The notes under the pieces are model-generated. The model had not been told where the DNA came from, ran no database searches, and saw nothing but the letters and a program-made list of their open reading frames with translations. The position numbers were made by a program, and so were the translations under genes. From the NCBI GenBank assembly GCA_964291235.2, contig OZ219816.1, positions 64,001 through 128,000 of the forward strand: 64,000 nt of DNA. The letters are read 5' to 3'. The stretch is from Vicinamibacteria bacterium. GTDB lineage: Bacteria > Acidobacteriota > Vicinamibacteria > Marinacidobacterales > Marinacidobacteraceae. Positions 47,983-59,000 of this stretch are shown here, one piece after another. How positions within the stretch are numbered: the stretch's first letter is position 1; every line of letters starts with the position of its first letter.

Positions 47983-48151
47983 GGGCGCGATTCCTCGAGC
48001 CCGAGACTGTAACGGGTGAGGTGCTGGTCAGGGGGGGCGGTTCGGTGGCGCGGGACCGCTGACCTTCCGGTCGGCAGCGGCGCCCGCCGGGCGGCGAAAC
48101 TCGCCCCCCCGGATCCACTCCGGGCGCCCCTGGCTCCGGTAGGCTGTCGGC

Positions 48152-49360
48152 ATGTCTGGAGACGCCGGACGGCGCGCGACACTGAGGGATGCGATCCGGG
48201 AGGAGGGATTCCGCCTCGGCTTCTCGGCGGTCGGGTTCGCGCCGCCCCGGATGCCCGAGGCCGGCCGGCAGCTCGAGAAGTGGCTGGACGAAGGACACCA
48301 CGGGACCATGCACTGGATGGCCCGCGATCCCGGCCGCCGGAGTGACGCCACCGCCATCCGAAAGGCTGGGGGCGCCGGACCGTCGGAGGTCCCCGCCGCG
48401 GAGCGGACCGTGATCGCCTGCGGGCTGAACTATTACGCCGGGGAGCCGGCTTCGGCTCTCCCGGGGGGAGGCGTGATCTCCCAGTACGCACAGGGCGAGG
48501 ACTACCACCGGGTGCTGAATTCGAAACTCCGGGCGCTCGCCGGGTTCGCCGAGGAACGGGCCGTGGCGGCCGGGTTTCTGGCCAGGCGCTCCCCGGGCGC
48601 CCGCCGGCGTATCCCCACCCTCGTGGACCACGGCCCCCTGCTGGAAAAAGCGTTCGCCGAGCGGGCGGGTCTCGGGTGGATCGGCAAGCACTCGAACGTG
48701 ATCGCCACCCGGGGCAGCTCGTGGTTCTTCCTCGGGGAGATCCTCTTCCCGGTGGACCTGCCACCGGACGACGCGCAGCCCAACCGGTGTGGAAGCTGCA
48801 CCCGCTGCCTCGCCGCCTGCCCCACGAACGCCATCGTCGAGCCCTACGTCGTGGACAGCCGGCGGTGCATTTCCTATCTGACGATCGAACTCCGGGGATC
48901 AATCCCGGTCGAGTTCCGGAGAGCCATCGGCAATCGCATCTTCGGGTGCGACGACTGTCAGGATGTCTGTCCCTGGAACCGCTTTGCGGACAAGGCGGAC
49001 GAGCCGCGGCTGGCCGCCGCTCGCGACGGACTGCACACCGAGACGCTCGCCGCGCTGCTCCGGCTCACTCCCGACGAGTTCCGCGTGCGGACCCGGGGGA
49101 GCGCCATCCGCCGGGCCGGGTACGCCGGTTTTCTGCGAAACGTCGCGGTCGCTCTCGGGAACACCGGCGGTCCCGGGGCGTTCGAGGCCCTCGAGGCGGC
49201 GCTGGACCATCCCGAACCGCTGGTCCGCGGCCACGCGGTGTGGAGTCTCGCAGAGGTGGATTCCGCCCGGGCGAAACCCGTCCTGACCGTCCGGCTCGCC
49301 CGGGAGCGGGATCCCGGAGTGAAAACAGAACTGGAAGGCGCCATCGGCGCCGCATCCTGA
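48152..49360 (+). CDS. queG: tRNA epoxyqueuosine reductase
   Basis: DYH, GLGWIGK, GSWFFLGE-like motif, CGSCTRCLAACP, RCISYLTIE, GCDDCQDVCPWN, RNVAVALGN and a HEAT tail. Confidence 0.95.
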   Translation: MSGDAGRRATLRDAIREEGFRLGFSAVGFAPPRMPEAGRQLEKWLDEGHHGTMHWMARDPGRRSDATAIRKAGGAGPSEVPAAERTVIACGLNYYAGEPASALPGGGVISQYAQGEDYHRVLNSKLRALAGFAEERAVAAGFLARRSPGARRRIPTLVDHGPLLEKAFAERAGLGWIGKHSNVIATRGSSWFFLGEILFPVDLPPDDAQPNRCGSCTRCLAACPTNAIVEPYVVDSRRCISYLTIELRGSIPVEFRRAIGNRIFGCDDCQDVCPWNRFADKADEPRLAAARDGLHTETLAALLRLTPDEFRVRTRGSAIRRAGYAGFLRNVAVALGNTGGPGAFEALEAALDHPEPLVRGHAVWSLAEVDSARAKPVLTVRLARERDPGVKTELEGAIGAAS

Positions 49361-49400
49361 AAAAGCCGGCTCCCGGCTCCTCCGTGTCCCGGTACGGCGC

Positions 49401-50798
49401 CTAGCGGATCGCGGCCTGCATCTCCTCGACGCTGACGAACTTCACCCGTGGGCGGCCTTCGGCCTTCCCGCGCGCCACCTCGAGGGCGTCGAGCGCCTTC
49501 CAGTCGGCGAAGGAGAAATAGGCAGGCACCCGCTCGGCCACGAAACGCCCGGCCGCTTCGACGGACGGCGACTCGGGACGCCAGTGCTTGCCGGCCGCCA
49601 CGTCCTCAAGCAGAACCCGGACGGTCTCCAGCGCGTCGGGTTTGTTCGTACCGATGACGCCCGTCGGACCGCGCTTGATCCAGCCGGCGCAGTACTGGCC
49701 TTCCTGATGCTCACCGTCGGGCGCATCGAGCACCCGCCCGGCCGCATGAGGGATGACTCCCCAGTCGTCCCGGAAGGGCACCTCCGGCAGCGCAACGCCC
49801 CGGTAGCCGACCGAGCGAAACACGAGGCCGGCGTCGAGGTCTTCGAAGTGGTCGGTGGCCCGGGGACGGACGGTGCCGCGCTCGTTGCGATAGAGCTCGT
49901 TCTTCACCAGCTTGACGCGGCTGACTCCTCCATCTTCGCCCGGGATGAGTTCCACGGGGGAGACCAGGAAACGCACGGTCAGGGTGCGGGGCTTGCCCGA
50001 CCGCTTTTCGGCCGCGTACTGCTGGAGGATCTCGACCTTTCGGGGAGCCGCCTTGTCGGCCCCGGAGTCCACCCATTCCCGGCTGACCGGGTCCAGGGCC
50101 GCCTCGTCTTCCAGCACCCGGATGTCGGCTCCTTCGAGTTCTCCGAGCTCCTTGATTTCCGGGTTCGAGAAGGCCGCCTGCGCCGGACCCCGCCGCCCGA
50201 GCATGTGGACCTCCCTGATCCGGCTCTCGGCGAGCTGTTCGAGCGCGTAGTCCGCGATGTCGGTGCTCTTCAGTTCGTCCACCGAGCGGGCCAATACCCG
50301 ACAGACATCTACCGCCACATTGCCGACCCCGACGACCGCCACGGACTCCCGGGAAAGGTCGAACTCCCGGTCCCGATAGTCGGGATGGCCGTTGTACCAG
50401 GCCACGAACTCGGTCGCTGCGTGGCTTCTGGGCAGGTCCTCGCCGGGCACCCGCATCGCCCGGTCCACCTGGGCGCCCACGCAATAGATGACGGCGTGGT
50501 AGTGGCGGCGCGCGTCCGCCAGCCGGATGTCGCTTCCGAACTCCACGCCGCCATAGAAGCGGAACCGGGGGTTCTGGGCAGTGCGCTCGTAGGCGCGGGT
50601 CACGGACTTGATTTTCTGGTGGTCCGGGGCCACGCCGCCGCGTACGAGGCCATAGGGCGTCGGGAGCCGGTCGTACATGTCCACTTCGACGCCCTGGCCG
50701 GCCGCCTTGAAGAGATGATCCGTTGCGTAGAAGCCGGTCGGGCCGGATCCGAAGATCGCGACCCGCAGGGGTTGATCTGGGGTGCCGGGAGTCGTCAT
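49401..50798 (-). CDS. Ferredoxin-NADP+ reductase (FprA/adrenodoxin reductase type)
   Basis: GSGPTGFY, PYGLVRGGVAPDH, WYNGHP, GVGNVAVD, GRRGP, GWIKRGPTGVIGTN. Confidence 0.92.
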   Translation of the reverse strand: MTTPGTPDQPLRVAIFGSGPTGFYATDHLFKAAGQGVEVDMYDRLPTPYGLVRGGVAPDHQKIKSVTRAYERTAQNPRFRFYGGVEFGSDIRLADARRHYHAVIYCVGAQVDRAMRVPGEDLPRSHAATEFVAWYNGHPDYRDREFDLSRESVAVVGVGNVAVDVCRVLARSVDELKSTDIADYALEQLAESRIREVHMLGRRGPAQAAFSNPEIKELGELEGADIRVLEDEAALDPVSREWVDSGADKAAPRKVEILQQYAAEKRSGKPRTLTVRFLVSPVELIPGEDGGVSRVKLVKNELYRNERGTVRPRATDHFEDLDAGLVFRSVGYRGVALPEVPFRDDWGVIPHAAGRVLDAPDGEHQEGQYCAGWIKRGPTGVIGTNKPDALETVRVLLEDVAAGKHWRPESPSVEAAGRFVAERVPAYFSFADWKALDALEVARGKAEGRPRVKFVSVEEMQAAIR

Positions 50799-50983
50799 TT
50801 GGGCGCGAAGTATAGGGGCGCGCGGATGTTCGGAACGGCGTTCCGCGCCGGAGGCGGCAGGAATGGGAATCCCGCGTGATCGAAGGTGGAGAAAGGCGGG
50901 GTCACGGTCGCATCGCGCCGTGATCCCGGCCACCACCGGGGGCGGCGCCGGAAGCCGGCCCGTTACTCCTGGTAAGGGCTCCC

Positions 50984-53900
50984 CTACCGACCGATGACGC
51001 GGTAAACGGCGGGAATGACGAGCAGGGTGAGCGCCGTGGAGAGGAGCAGTCCCCCGATGACAGCGATCGCCATCGGGGTGCGCAGTTCGCTGCCCTCTCC
51101 AAGACCGATGGCCATCGGAAGCAGCCCCAGCACGGTCGTCGAAGTGGTCATCAGGATCGGCCGGAGGCGGACCTTGCCGGCCTCGCGAAGCGCGTCCAGC
51201 TTGGCCATCCCGTTTCGCCGGAGGCGGTTCGTCGTGTCGAGCAGCAGAATGGCGTTGTTCACCACGATGCCCGCCAGCATGATCACCCCGATCAGCACCA
51301 CCACGCTCACCGTCACCGAGAAGAGCTTGAGGGCGAAGATGACCCCGACCAGGGAAAACGGGACCGAGAAAAGGATGACGAAGGGATGGAGCAGCGACTC
51401 GAACTGCGAAGCCATCACCAGGTACACCATGAACACCGCCAGCAGGATCGCGAACTGCATGCTCGCGAACGAGGTTTCCATTTCTTCCTGTTGGCCGCCG
51501 AGCCGCCAGCTGAAGCTGGCGGGCATGGAGATTCCGCCCATCAGCGCCTCGATGTCGCCAGCCACGCTGCCGAGATCCCGGCCGACGATGTTCGCGGTAA
51601 TCGTCGCCACCCGCTCGCCGTCGGCGCGCCGGATTTCCGCGGGACCGGTCACTTCGTCCACGTCGGCCACGCTGGAGAGCGGGATCGTGGCGACCCCGCC
51701 GTCGGAAATGTTCAGGTTCCGAAGATCCTCGACGCTGTCGCGGAAGGATTCGTCGGTGCGGAGACGGATGTCGATGGACCGATCCTCCCGCTGGATGTCG
51801 GTCGCCACGTCCCCGAGCACCTTGGAGCGAATCAGCGTACCGAGCTGGTTCACGTTGTAGCCGAGCGCCGCCACCCGGTCACGGTGGAACCGCACCTGGA
51901 GTTCCGGGTTCCCCCCCTCGGTGGACGACTTCACGTCCACGAGCCCGGGGATCGCCCGGAGGCCGGCGACCGCCTCTTCGGCGGTCCGTTCGAGCATCGT
52001 GAGATTGAACCCGCGGATCTCGAGTTCCACGGGAGTCCGGAAACTGAAGTAGGACGGGCGTCCGAAGACGTAGAGGAGATCCTCGTCGCCTTCGAGGTAC
52101 GGGCGCAGCTCCGCCATCGCCGCGTCTTCGCGGGCCCGATCCACGGGCGGATCCAGCACGACGGTGAGCTGGCCGATGTTTTCGCGCAGTTCGCCGGCGG
52201 CCCCTCCCTGCTGGCTGCTGGTCCCCACGGTGGCATACACGGTGCGGACACCGGAGACTTCAGCCGCCGTCTCTTCCAGGCGGGAGAGACGGCGTGAGTT
52301 GAGGTCGAGATGGGTGCCCGCGGGGAGTTCCGTGTCCACGAAGAACTCGCCCTGGATCAATTCGGGCACGAGCTCGGTGCCGAGCGAGGGCACCGTATAG
52401 AGCGCTCCGGCAAACAGGGCGACGGCCAGAGCCCCGACGCGGAAGGGATGGTTGAGAGCCCCGCTCAGGACCGGCGGATACGCCCGCACGATGCCGTCAT
52501 AAACCAGGCGGAAGAGCCGGCTCGGCAGCCAGAGGATTCCCTTGACGACGAGATCGACACCCCGCACGATTCCGAAGACCACCCACAGGACTCCCCCACT
52601 GACGGCGCTCACGGCCTTGCCGAAGAGTTGGCCGGACTTGGTCCGGAACGAAGCCTGTTCCGAGGCGCCCGCCGCCCGGAACTCGCGCGACGCAAGCATC
52701 GGGATCAGCGTGAGGGCGACCAGCAGGGAAACCGCCAGCGAGAAGGTCACCGTAAGGGCCTGATCGCCGAACAACTGTCCGGCAATGCCCTCGACGAACA
52801 CGATCGGAACGAACACGCAGACCGTCGTCATGGTGCTCGCGACCACAGCTTGCCCAACCTCGCCGGTACCGGCACGCGAAGCCTCGACGAGGCCGAGTCC
52901 GTCCTGCCGTTTTCGCTTGATCGCCTCCAGCACCACGATGGAGTTGTCCACGAGGAGTCCGATCCCGAGGGTGATGCCGCCGAGCGACATGATGTTGAGC
53001 GAGACGCCCGACACGTACATCAGGAAGAACGTCCCGATTACCGAGATGGGGATGGAGACCCCGATGATCAGGGTGGACCGGAGTTCCCCGAGGAAGAGCA
53101 CCAGCACGAAGATCGCGAGGATTCCCCCCATCACCGCGGTCTGCAGAACCTCGGAAACCGACTGGCGGATGTAGCGGGCCTGGTCGGTCACCAGGGTGAG
53201 GGCGAGGTCCTCGCCCACCTGTTCGAGGCGCCCCTCAAGTTCCTCGACGCGGGTGAGGACTTCATCCGCGACGGTTACCGTGTTTGTCCCACCTTCCTTG
53301 TACACGGCGATTTCGATGGACTCCCGGCCGTCGATACGGGTGATGACCTCGCGTTCCTTGGAGCCGCGGCGGATGGTGGCCACGTCGTCCAGCCGGATCA
53401 CGGTTCGTTCCGCGTCCACCACGATGTTGTTCATGTCCTCGGGACGCTCGAACTCGTTGATCGTGCGGACCAGGTACTCGGTACCGCCGTCGAGCAGGCG
53501 TCCGGCGGTGAGATTCACGTTCTCCTGGCCGAGCCGAGCCACAACCGCGGGCACCGAGAGACCCAGGTTGGCGACCTTCCGCTCGTCGATCTCGACGTGG
53601 ATTTCTTCCTCGAGGCCGCCACTGACCAGTACCGCGGCTACCCCCTCGACGCGTTCCAGGTTGCGCTGGATTTCCTGCTCGGCGATCAGCCGCAGCCGCA
53701 CGAGATCCTCATTGCCGGTGAGTCCGAAGCGAAGAATCGGGTCCAGCGAGGGATCGAATCGCAGAAGAGTTGGCCGCGGGGCGTCGAGTGGCAGCCGCAC
53801 CACGTCGAGACGTTCGCGCACATCGAGCGCCGCCATGTCCATGTCGGTTCCCCACCCGAACTCGAGCGTGACTTCGCTGAGATCGGGCCGGGAAGAGGAG

Positions 53901-54142
53901 ATGACCCGGACCACGTTGTTGACCACGCCGACCGCGTTCTCGATGGGCCGGGTGATCAGGTTCTCGATCTCGCTGGGAGCGGCCCCCTCGTACTCGGTGC
54001 GGACGTTCAGCGACGGATAGGTGATATCCGGGAGCAAGTCAACCGAAAGCCGGTCGAAACCGACGACTCCGAACACCACGATCGCGATGAACAGCACCAC
54101 GACCGTGACCGGGCGCCGGATGGAAAAGTCAACGATGCGCAT
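50984..54142 (-). CDS. RND efflux permease (AcrB/AcrD/AcrF family) 1
   Basis: SIRRPV, NIMSLGG, GLLVDNSIVVLE, GIVVNNAI, RLRPILMT. Confidence 0.95.
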   Translation of the reverse strand: MRIVDFSIRRPVTVVVLFIAIVVFGVVGFDRLSVDLLPDITYPSLNVRTEYEGAAPSEIENLITRPIENAVGVVNNVVRVISSSRPDLSEVTLEFGWGTDMDMAALDVRERLDVVRLPLDAPRPTLLRFDPSLDPILRFGLTGNEDLVRLRLIAEQEIQRNLERVEGVAAVLVSGGLEEEIHVEIDERKVANLGLSVPAVVARLGQENVNLTAGRLLDGGTEYLVRTINEFERPEDMNNIVVDAERTVIRLDDVATIRRGSKEREVITRIDGRESIEIAVYKEGGTNTVTVADEVLTRVEELEGRLEQVGEDLALTLVTDQARYIRQSVSEVLQTAVMGGILAIFVLVLFLGELRSTLIIGVSIPISVIGTFFLMYVSGVSLNIMSLGGITLGIGLLVDNSIVVLEAIKRKRQDGLGLVEASRAGTGEVGQAVVASTMTTVCVFVPIVFVEGIAGQLFGDQALTVTFSLAVSLLVALTLIPMLASREFRAAGASEQASFRTKSGQLFGKAVSAVSGGVLWVVFGIVRGVDLVVKGILWLPSRLFRLVYDGIVRAYPPVLSGALNHPFRVGALAVALFAGALYTVPSLGTELVPELIQGEFFVDTELPAGTHLDLNSRRLSRLEETAAEVSGVRTVYATVGTSSQQGGAAGELRENIGQLTVVLDPPVDRAREDAAMAELRPYLEGDEDLLYVFGRPSYFSFRTPVELEIRGFNLTMLERTAEEAVAGLRAIPGLVDVKSSTEGGNPELQVRFHRDRVAALGYNVNQLGTLIRSKVLGDVATDIQREDRSIDIRLRTDESFRDSVEDLRNLNISDGGVATIPLSSVADVDEVTGPAEIRRADGERVATITANIVGRDLGSVAGDIEALMGGISMPASFSWRLGGQQEEMETSFASMQFAILLAVFMVYLVMASQFESLLHPFVILFSVPFSLVGVIFALKLFSVTVSVVVLIGVIMLAGIVVNNAILLLDTTNRLRRNGMAKLDALREAGKVRLRPILMTTSTTVLGLLPMAIGLGEGSELRTPMAIAVIGGLLLSTALTLLVIPAVYRVIGR

Positions 54143-54176
54143 CGCGTCTTCGGGATCGGTGAGGGGGTCGCGCCTG

Positions 54177-56045
54177 TTACTGCGGCCGGCGGCGGCGGGC
54201 GACGATCTCCTCGATCTGCTCTTCCGTCATGCCCCGTTCGCGCAAGCGTTCACGGAGCGCTTCGAGTTGTTCAGCAGTGGGCTCCGCGTTCGGAGCGGCC
54301 ATTTCCGTCGCCGGAGACCCTCCCCACCCCTGGCGAACCCGCTCCTCGATCTGCTCGTCGGTCAGGCCCATGGAGCGCAGCCGCGACCGGATCGCTTCCT
54401 GGGTTTCGGGCGGAAGACTCTCGAAGGAGGGCGCCGAATCTGCCGGACGACTCGTTCCGGTCGTTCCGGTCGTTCCGGCCGTCCCGGATGCTGCGGCGCG
54501 GGCGCCGGCTGCCCGGGCCCTCGCTCCGCGGCCTGGGCGAGGCGCCGCTGCGAGGGCTGCCGACTCTCCGGCCTGGACGGGCGCCGCGTTCGGAGCGGCG
54601 GGCGCCTCTGGGGCGGCGGGCCCACCCTTCGCGGATGGCGCCGGGGCTCCCGCGGGTCGCGCCACAGGCGGCCTCTCACCGGAACCCGGGCGGCCGCGTC
54701 CGGCCGGCGGAGCCCCGCCGGCCGCCATGGCGGCCAGCCGTTCGTCGATCTGCTCGTCGGTCATGCCGCGGGCCCGCATTCGCTCGCGCATCGCGGCGCG
54801 CCGCTCGTCGGTCATTTCGGCCCCGCCGCCCGGACCCGCTCCGGCAGCGGTGCGCGCCGGACGCTCTTCGGCGCCCGGCCCGACGAGGATTTGCACCGGG
54901 GTGGCGTCCGTCAGCCCGTCCTGGCCAACCACGATGACGCGGTCACCCCGATCAAGGCCGCTCGTGACCTCCACCTGGTCGTCCTGGTCGTAGCCGAGAG
55001 TGATGTTGCGCCGGAAGGCGACCCCGTCCTCGACCACGAAGACCGAGTCGGCAAGGCTCTCCAGCGAGAGGGCCCGCTTGGGCATGATCAGCGCGTTCTG
55101 GCGGATGTCGGTGACCAGCCGCACCGAGGCGAACATGCCGGGGCTGAGCCGTCTCTGCCGGTCTACCGCCAAGGTCACCCGAATGGTTCCCGTCGCCGCG
55201 TCCACCACGGGACTGATCCGCAGAACCCGGCCCTCGAACCGTTCGCCGGGAAAGGCCTCCACTTCCAGGATCGCCGGCTGTCCGAGGGAGAGCCGGGTCA
55301 GATCCCGCTCGGGCACCCCGATAGTGCAGAGCAGCGGATCGAAGTCGGAGATCCGGAAGAGCTGCTGCCCCGCCGTCACCGTTTCGCCGAACTTCACGGC
55401 GCGCTGGATGATCAAGCCGTCGAACGGAGCCGTGATGCGGGTGTAGCCGAGCTGGATCTCGTTCCCGGCGAGCTGGGCTCTCGCCGATTCCAGCGCCGAC
55501 AGGGCCGTGTCGTACACCTCCTGGCTCACGACGGCGTTCTCGAGCGAGGCCTTGGCGCGGTTGTAGACGATTTCGGCATCCTGGAGCGCGACCCGGGAGA
55601 TCTCCACCTGGGCGCGGGCCTCCAACTCGTCGATCTGGGCGAGGAGTTCACCGGCCTTCACCTGCCGGCCTTCTTCGGTGTCGAGGGCCACCAGGGGACC
55701 GCCAACGCGGGAGACAATGTCCACTTCGCGCTCGGCTTCCAGAGTTCCGTTCGTCTCGATGAACGCCGAGATTTCTCCCGGCAGGATCTCGACGACCTCA
55801 ACGGGCACCGCGGATTCCGGACGCGGCGCGCCCCCAAAACCGCCCGGAGGTCCGCTACCCGATCCACCCTGACCACGTCCGGCAGACCCGCCTGGGCCGG
55901 CGGCCTCTTCGGAAGAGCCGCACGCCGTGATGGCGGCAAGTCCGACCAGAAAACCGACCCGGGCCAGCGCTTGGAAAAGCTCTCGGCCGGGGTTCTTGCG
56001 GCCCCGGCGAGGAGGTGTCTTTGTGTGGGGCACGAATTCCCTCAT
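54177..56045 (-). CDS. RND membrane fusion protein (lipoprotein) with a long repeat-bearing C-terminal extension
   Basis: Lipobox ITAC; G..VKAGELL, ITAPFDG, ISPVVDAATGT, LSPGMFA, GLDRGDRVIVVG; then a tail of about 230 aa. Confidence 0.92.
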   Translation of the reverse strand: MREFVPHTKTPPRRGRKNPGRELFQALARVGFLVGLAAITACGSSEEAAGPGGSAGRGQGGSGSGPPGGFGGAPRPESAVPVEVVEILPGEISAFIETNGTLEAEREVDIVSRVGGPLVALDTEEGRQVKAGELLAQIDELEARAQVEISRVALQDAEIVYNRAKASLENAVVSQEVYDTALSALESARAQLAGNEIQLGYTRITAPFDGLIIQRAVKFGETVTAGQQLFRISDFDPLLCTIGVPERDLTRLSLGQPAILEVEAFPGERFEGRVLRISPVVDAATGTIRVTLAVDRQRRLSPGMFASVRLVTDIRQNALIMPKRALSLESLADSVFVVEDGVAFRRNITLGYDQDDQVEVTSGLDRGDRVIVVGQDGLTDATPVQILVGPGAEERPARTAAGAGPGGGAEMTDERRAAMRERMRARGMTDEQIDERLAAMAAGGAPPAGRGRPGSGERPPVARPAGAPAPSAKGGPAAPEAPAAPNAAPVQAGESAALAAAPRPGRGARARAAGARAAASGTAGTTGTTGTSRPADSAPSFESLPPETQEAIRSRLRSMGLTDEQIEERVRQGWGGSPATEMAAPNAEPTAEQLEALRERLRERGMTEEQIEEIVARRRRPQ

Positions 56046-59000
56046 TGCGTTACCGGATTCAGGGCCGGCACACCGGCGGAGGCCGCGGGCTCAGGGGCCG
56101 CGGACGTTTTCGGGGCCGTGGTGTACGGCCACAGCAGCCGCTTCAGGTCGTCGGTCACCGCGTAGATCGTCGGCACCAGAAGCAGCGTCAGCAGGGTCGA
56201 GGTCGGCAAGCCCCCCGCCAGCACCAAGCCGATCGGGGCCCACTGCCCGGCGCGGCCGTCCACCGACCCGAAAAGGCCGGGCAGAAAGTAGGGTGCGGCA
56301 AGCGGCAAGAGTCCGCAGAAGGTGGTCAGGGCGGTCATCATGACCGGCCGCAGCCGGTGTTCGCTCCCGAGAATGAGCGCCTCGTCCCGCGACATACCCT
56401 GGCGGCGGAGTGCATTGACGTGCGCGATCAGGACGATGGCGTTGTTCACCACGATTCCCGCCAGCAGCACCAGGCCCAGCATCGCGGTGTTACCGAGGGT
56501 CTGGCCGGTGAGCTTCAGCGTGATGGCCACCCCGATGAAGGAGAACGGGATCGAGAACATGATCACCGCGGGGTGGATAAAGCTCTCGAAGAGCGCCACC
56601 ATGATCAGGTAGATCAGCAGCAGCGCGAACGCGAAGGCGAAACCCGCGGCCGCAAAGTCCGTCTGTCCCATCCGGGACCAACGGTCGAAGCTCCATTCGT
56701 AGCCGGGGGGCAGGGCAATATCGGCGAGCTGTTCCTGGACCTGGCCCATGAGCCGGAACGAAGCGCCGGGGACAGTGGTATTGGCGCTGATGGTGAGCTT
56801 CGGGCGCCGATCCTCGCGCTCGATGCTCCGGGGGCCGCTCACCATCTCGAAGTCGGCCATGGCGCCCACCGGCACCCGGGCGCCGCCGACGAAGACCGGC
56901 ATCCGGCGGAGATGATCGAGCTGCTCGCGCTGCTCCTCGGGGTACTGGACCACGATGTCCACTTCGCGCTGGTCGCTTTCGATGGTTCCCGCCGGACGCG
57001 TGGTCAGAGCGCTGCGAACGGTCTGGGCGACCGCGAAGGTGCCCGCCCCGGAGGCAAGCGCCCGCTCTGCGTTCGGGCTGACGTGCAGTTCCTCCGTCCC
57101 GCTCTCGAGCGAGGTGTCCACGTCCCGGATCCACGGAAGGGCGGCCAGCCGCTCCACCACCCGGCCGGAGATCAGCTCGAGGACGTCCATGTCATCGCCC
57201 TTCAGGTCCAGCCGAATTCCACCGCCCCGGCCGGGGCCGCGGCCACGACTCTCGGCGATCCGGAAATTCACTCCGGCGACCGTAGGAAGCATCTCCCGGA
57301 TCTCGTCCGTGATTTCCTGAACGCTCCGTTCCGATTCCGTCTCGTCCACGAGATACAACTCGAACCGCCGGCCGCCGCCGCCGTAGCCGCCTCGGCGACG
57401 CCCTCCCCCGCGGCGGTACTCGTGGACCACGTCGGCGATCTCCAGTTCCTCCCGCCGCTCCTCGATAAGGGCGGCAACCGACTCCATCACCTCGCGGGTC
57501 TCGTCCAGTGTGTAGGCCCGGGGCACATCCACATTGATGGTCACCTCGCGTTCCACCGTGCTGTCGAAGCTGGAGCGTTCGATGTTCTGGTAAAGGACCC
57601 ACGCCACTCCCAGCAGACCGACGGCTACCAGCAGCGAGACGAACCGATGGTGGAGGGTGCGCCGGATGACCTTTCCGTGGAGACGGCCAAGGAGGCGCAT
57701 GGTCCGCGAATAGACGCGCCGTTCGTTCCGGAGCACGACCCCGGCCATCATCGGCACCACGGTGAGCGCGACGAGGAGAGAAGCCACGATCACGACGCTC
57801 AAGGTGAACCCGAAGTCGGTGAAGATGCGGAAGAAGCCGCCCATCGTCGCACCGAGGAAAACGAGGGGCACGAAGACACACATGGTGGTCGCCGCTCCGG
57901 CGATGATCGGCATGGTCACCGCCGAGGCGCCGTGAATGGCCGCCGTGCGGGAGTCTTCCTTGTGCTCCGTGAAGTGCCGCGAGATCGAGTCGATGACCAC
58001 GATGGCCGGATCGGCAAGCATGCCGACGGCCACCATCAGCCCGAAGAGGCTGATCACGTTCAGGGTGGTGTCCACCATCCCCGTCTGCCGGCCCAGGTAC
58101 ATGATCACGAAGGTGGTAATGATCGAAAGCGGAATGGCCACCGCCACGAGCAGGGTGGTCCTTGCCTTCTGCAGGAACAGCAGCAGGATGATCATGGCCA
58201 GGCCGCCGCCGAAGAGGCCGGCAAGGGTCAACTGGGACAGTCCGCCTCGAACGTCGAGCGAGGAGTCCTGGATGTAGCGCATCTCGACGCCGTCATGGCG
58301 GGGGATAGCGGCGATGTCCGCCATCTCCCCCTTGACCCCGTCGGCGACGTCCAGCACGTTCGCGTTCGAAGCCTTGTAGATACGGAAGGTGACCGCTTCC
58401 TCGCCGTTCAGGAAGTCGAACGAGGTCTGCGTCGGAAGCTCGTAGGTAACGTCGGCGACATCACTCAGGCGCAAACCGGCCTCGCCGATAGGCGTTTCAC
58501 GGATGTCCTCAGGTCTTTGGAACTCCCCGACCGTCCGGACAATGAGCTTGCGGGAACCGTCGGTGATCGTCCCGCCCGAGACGTTCACGTTGTTCTGGGT
58601 CAGCACCTCCGAGACATCGCGCACGTCCACCCCGAGCGCCTCCATCCGCTGTGGGTCCATGCTCACGCGCAGTTCCCGGCGGCGCACGCCGCGAACGTCC
58701 ACGCTCGCCACCCCCTCGAGGCGCTCCAACCGCGGCTGCACGATGTCTTCGGCGAAGTCGAACAGGCGTTCCCGCTCCCACGGCGCTCCGAGATGGAACT
58801 GGAGAATGGGGATGTCCGTGCTCTGGAACCGGCGGATATTGATGCGTTCGATGTCGTCGGGAAGGAGGTGACGCACCCGGTCCACCCGGTCGCGGGCCTC
58901 CACCACCATGAGGTCCATGTCCGCGGTTTCCTCGAACTCGAGGCTCACGTTGCCGCTATTGGCGTTCGCGGTGGCGGTGAGGACGGTGATCCCGGGGATG

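Noticed and set aside
47983-48151. Cobalamin riboswitch before the kbl/B12 operon (20027-20237 and 22578-22693 also checked)
   Set aside because: No recognisable B12-box or GGGAA...GCCCCCGCAACTGT core by eye. An Rfam scan would be decisive.
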